Shown: piece after piece, positions 24,721 to 24,856 of the stretch | Position numbering within the stretch: position 1 is the stretch's first letter | Layout of the letters: every line of letters begins with the position of its first letter | NCBI GenBank assembly: GCA_037445915.1 | Contig: JBBIJQ010000027.1 | Coordinates: 1 to 24,856, forward strand | Reading direction: 5' to 3' | DNA length: 24,856 nt | From: Planctomycetales bacterium | Lineage (GTDB): Bacteria; 4484-113 | The notes under the pieces: model-generated | What the model was told of the DNA's origin: nothing | Seen by the model: only the letters and a program-made list of their open reading frames with translations | The model's database searches: none | Translations under genes and position numbers: made by a program

Positions 24721-24726
24721 ATTATA
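24721..24726 (-). promoter_or_regulatory. Perfect -10 (TATAAT) 6 nt upstream of the gltX GTG; predicted leaderless promoter
   Basis: Minus strand reads TATAAT-catcgc-GTG. Confidence 0.65.
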
Positions 24727-24803
24727 GCTTGCCAGGCGAAGACTGGGCCTGCAACCTGTGAAACATGTGAAACACCGAATAAGTTCATAGATAGTGTCGC
24801 AGG

Positions 24804-24855
24804 GGGGAGTCCATCAGGATAGGGATGACAACAACCATCCTAAGGAGGACTCCCC
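24804..24855. other. Long imperfect hairpin at the window end
   Basis: GGGGAGTCC (24804-24812) pairs with GGACTCCCC (24847-24855); inner TAGGGATG pairs with CATCCTA with one bulge. Confidence 0.55.
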
Positions 24856-24856
24856 A

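Noticed and set aside
24759-24774. parS site
   Set aside because: TGAAACATGTGAAACA matches TGTTTCACGTGAAACA at only 12 of 16 positions and is a direct repeat rather than a palindrome.

Overview
A mostly housekeeping, GC-rich bacterial chromosomal segment. In order: 3' part of an S8 peptidase with a dockerin-like tail, folK, uvrC, an orphan MacB/FtsX-type permease, a PRC-barrel protein, infC-rpmI-rplT-pheS (no pheT), rpsA-coaE-lytic transglycosylase-gcvT-gcvH-gcvPA-gcvPB, a 945-aa lipoprotein with a dockerin-like module and 8 PKD-like repeats, pyrD, two convergent glutamate dehydrogenases of different subfamilies, and gltX. No rRNA, tRNA, CRISPR array or transposase is evident. The most notable signals are non-coding: (1) five housekeeping genes plus infC have a -10 box only 6-8 nt before the start codon and no Shine-Dalgarno, so they look leaderless, and infC appears to be a leaderless UUG-start mRNA, which suggests a non-AUU mode of IF3 autoregulation; (2) a composite intergenic repeat (G-rich tract + heptamer array + GTAG-type REP hairpin with a compensatory base pair) occurs three times in the first 6 kb; (3) Rex/CRP-like boxes and a possible sigma54 site accompany the two GDH genes. 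All functional calls come from motif recognition by eye; no database search was run, and no novel multi-gene system could be firmly established.
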